Virus record (IMG/VR): IMGVR_UViG_2935054407_000001
Span: 44,968 to 108,967 of that record
Source: a virus
Lineage: Duplodnaviria; Caudoviricetes
Length of the DNA: 64,000 nt
Strand: one strand, 5' to 3'
Position numbers and translations under genes: made by a program. This document shows, in pieces, positions 62,837 to 64,000 of this stretch. The notes below the pieces were generated by a model, which saw nothing but the letters and a program-made list of their open reading frames with translations, was not told the origin of the DNA and made no database searches. Position 1 is the first letter of the stretch. Each line of letters starts with the position of its first letter.

Positions 62837-63676
62837 TCAGGCGCTCTGACGCTCAAGGAGGAGCTGCCGCCACTTGGCGGGCTCCTTCTCCCACAGCGCG
62901 GTGGCTTCCCTCTTGGCGTTGATCCAGCCGCGCCTGCCGATCATCTTGTGCTCCTGCTCTAGCCACGCGCCGGTCAGGTCCGCCAGGTCGTCGTACGGAT
63001 CGGCGGTCTTCCGCTCAGCGATCTCCTTGAGGCAGATGAGGACCGTCTTGCGAGGAAGCTCCTGCCCGAAGTCGGGAAGCGGGAAGATGAACGGCGGCTT
63101 GGGAGGCTCCGGCTTCTCCTCCTCCTCGCGCTCCTCGTCCTCATTCGGAGGCGGCGGGGGAAGCGGCTCCTCCTCTTCTACCTTCTCCTGCTCCTCCTGA
63201 GCCTCCTCCTGGGCCGGAATTTCGGCCAGGGGAAGCGGCTGCTTCTTCCGGGGAGGCGTGAGGTAGGTACCCACCTTGAGCGAAGCCAGGAGCATGGCGT
63301 TGGGCACTACGGCGATGTACCAGACGAGCCACTCGGAGGGGACGTCGTAGCCGTTGTGGATTCGGCTCCAGATGACGTTGAGGCTCGCGGACACCACGGT
63401 CGCCACGATGCTCCAGCGGAAGATCAGCGTCTTGCGGTGGTGGTCGCGCACCACGTTGTAGATGATCAGGCACACGACTTCCAGCGCGATCACGGACCCC
63501 GGCAGGAAGTAAGCCTGTCCCCCGCCCCAGCCGTTCCAGCCCATGATCTTCATAGCGAGCTGGCTCTGGTCGCCGAGGGAGAGTCCGGCGGCGCAGATGG
63601 TGGAGAACATGATGCCCATGCGGATCATGTAGTAGGTGCGAAGGGTGGTCTCGTCGGTATCGTCAATGAGGGACAT
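62837..63676 (-). CDS. Four-TM membrane protein with Pro/Glu-rich tail (DUF2637/Spd-like)
   Basis: AGLS...LA...GW....AYFLP...E, SASLNV, IAVVP..LL pattern; GAGGAG RBS before ATG 63676. Confidence 0.6.
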   Translation of the reverse strand: MSLIDDTDETTLRTYYMIRMGIMFSTICAAGLSLGDQSQLAMKIMGWNGWGGGQAYFLPGSVIALEVVCLIIYNVVRDHHRKTLIFRWSIVATVVSASLNVIWSRIHNGYDVPSEWLVWYIAVVPNAMLLASLKVGTYLTPPRKKQPLPLAEIPAQEEAQEEQEKVEEEEPLPPPPPNEDEEREEEEKPEPPKPPFIFPLPDFGQELPRKTVLICLKEIAERKTADPYDDLADLTGAWLEQEHKMIGRRGWINAKREATALWEKEPAKWRQLLLERQSA

Positions 63677-64000
63677 GGGGAGGTGGCTCTCCTCGGTCCA
63701 AGAGGCCCTGGCCCGTGTGTGCGCACGGTCCAGGGCTTCGCCGTTGGTGGGATGTGTCCGATTCCACCACATCGCACCGTCGATAGCGAGCCGAAAACAC
63801 GAGTAGGCCGTTGGCACTTATGCTGGCCAACAGCCTTCTCTACCATGCTCCACCATGACCGTCGGATTCTTGACGGAAGCCCTTAACTAGCAAATGATCT
63901 AGCAACGATGATCTTGGTGGGCGATCTTCAGTTGTGTTTTCGCAGCTCAGAGGCCAAGTGCTCAGATTGCTTGGAACCACTTGCGGGGAGTCCCCCAGTC

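Larger units (their letters stand above)
1..64000 (-). mobile_element. Large myovirus-type actinomycete phage/prophage segment (no host genes, integrase or att site seen in window)
   Basis: Continuous terminase-portal-capsid-sheath-tube-baseplate and DNA replication modules, nearly all co-oriented on the minus strand. Confidence 0.97.

Noticed and set aside
63886-63915. Short direct repeat CTAGCAA...ATGATCT near the right edge
   Set aside because: Only two imperfect copies and the context is truncated; cannot assign as att site or operator

Overview
The whole window is a GC-rich actinomycete phage or prophage of contractile-tail (myovirus) type; the WhiB, ThyX and DUF2637-like genes point to an actinobacterial host. 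Almost everything is on the minus strand. Read right to left, the modules are: terminase, portal, scaffold and N4-gp56-type major capsid; head-tail joining genes; sheath, tube, chaperone, tape measure, baseplate and fibres; holin-like genes; a replication/recombination block (initiator, DnaC-like loader, DnaB, primase, SNF2, SSB, PolA, class II RNR, RecA, two resolvases, Cas4-like nuclease, UvsY-like, ThyX, dNMP kinase, WhiB); and a second late block (SpoVS-like, small proteins, CHAP endolysin, and a nucleotidyltransferase / degenerate HAD / repeat protein / TGT-fold operon). One six-gene plus-strand island interrupts the head genes. The most striking unexplained structure is regulatory. Ten putative late promoters share an nYTAnn-N20-nAnnnT layout. 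Seven of them sit in hairpins whose 5' arm would mask the downstream ribosome-binding site on read-through RNA, and two others appear to give leaderless mRNAs. There is also a dispersed, unidirectional 18-bp motif (TGCCGGTGTGAAAGACGG, six copies), a portal gene broken by a TGA plus frame change at codon 51, a candidate +1 frameshift in the tail chaperone, a probable ATA start codon, a 65-aa segment (about 63 extra residues) inserted in the RNR, and a putative Acb2/Tad1-like sponge. All family calls come from motifs read by eye; no searches were run.
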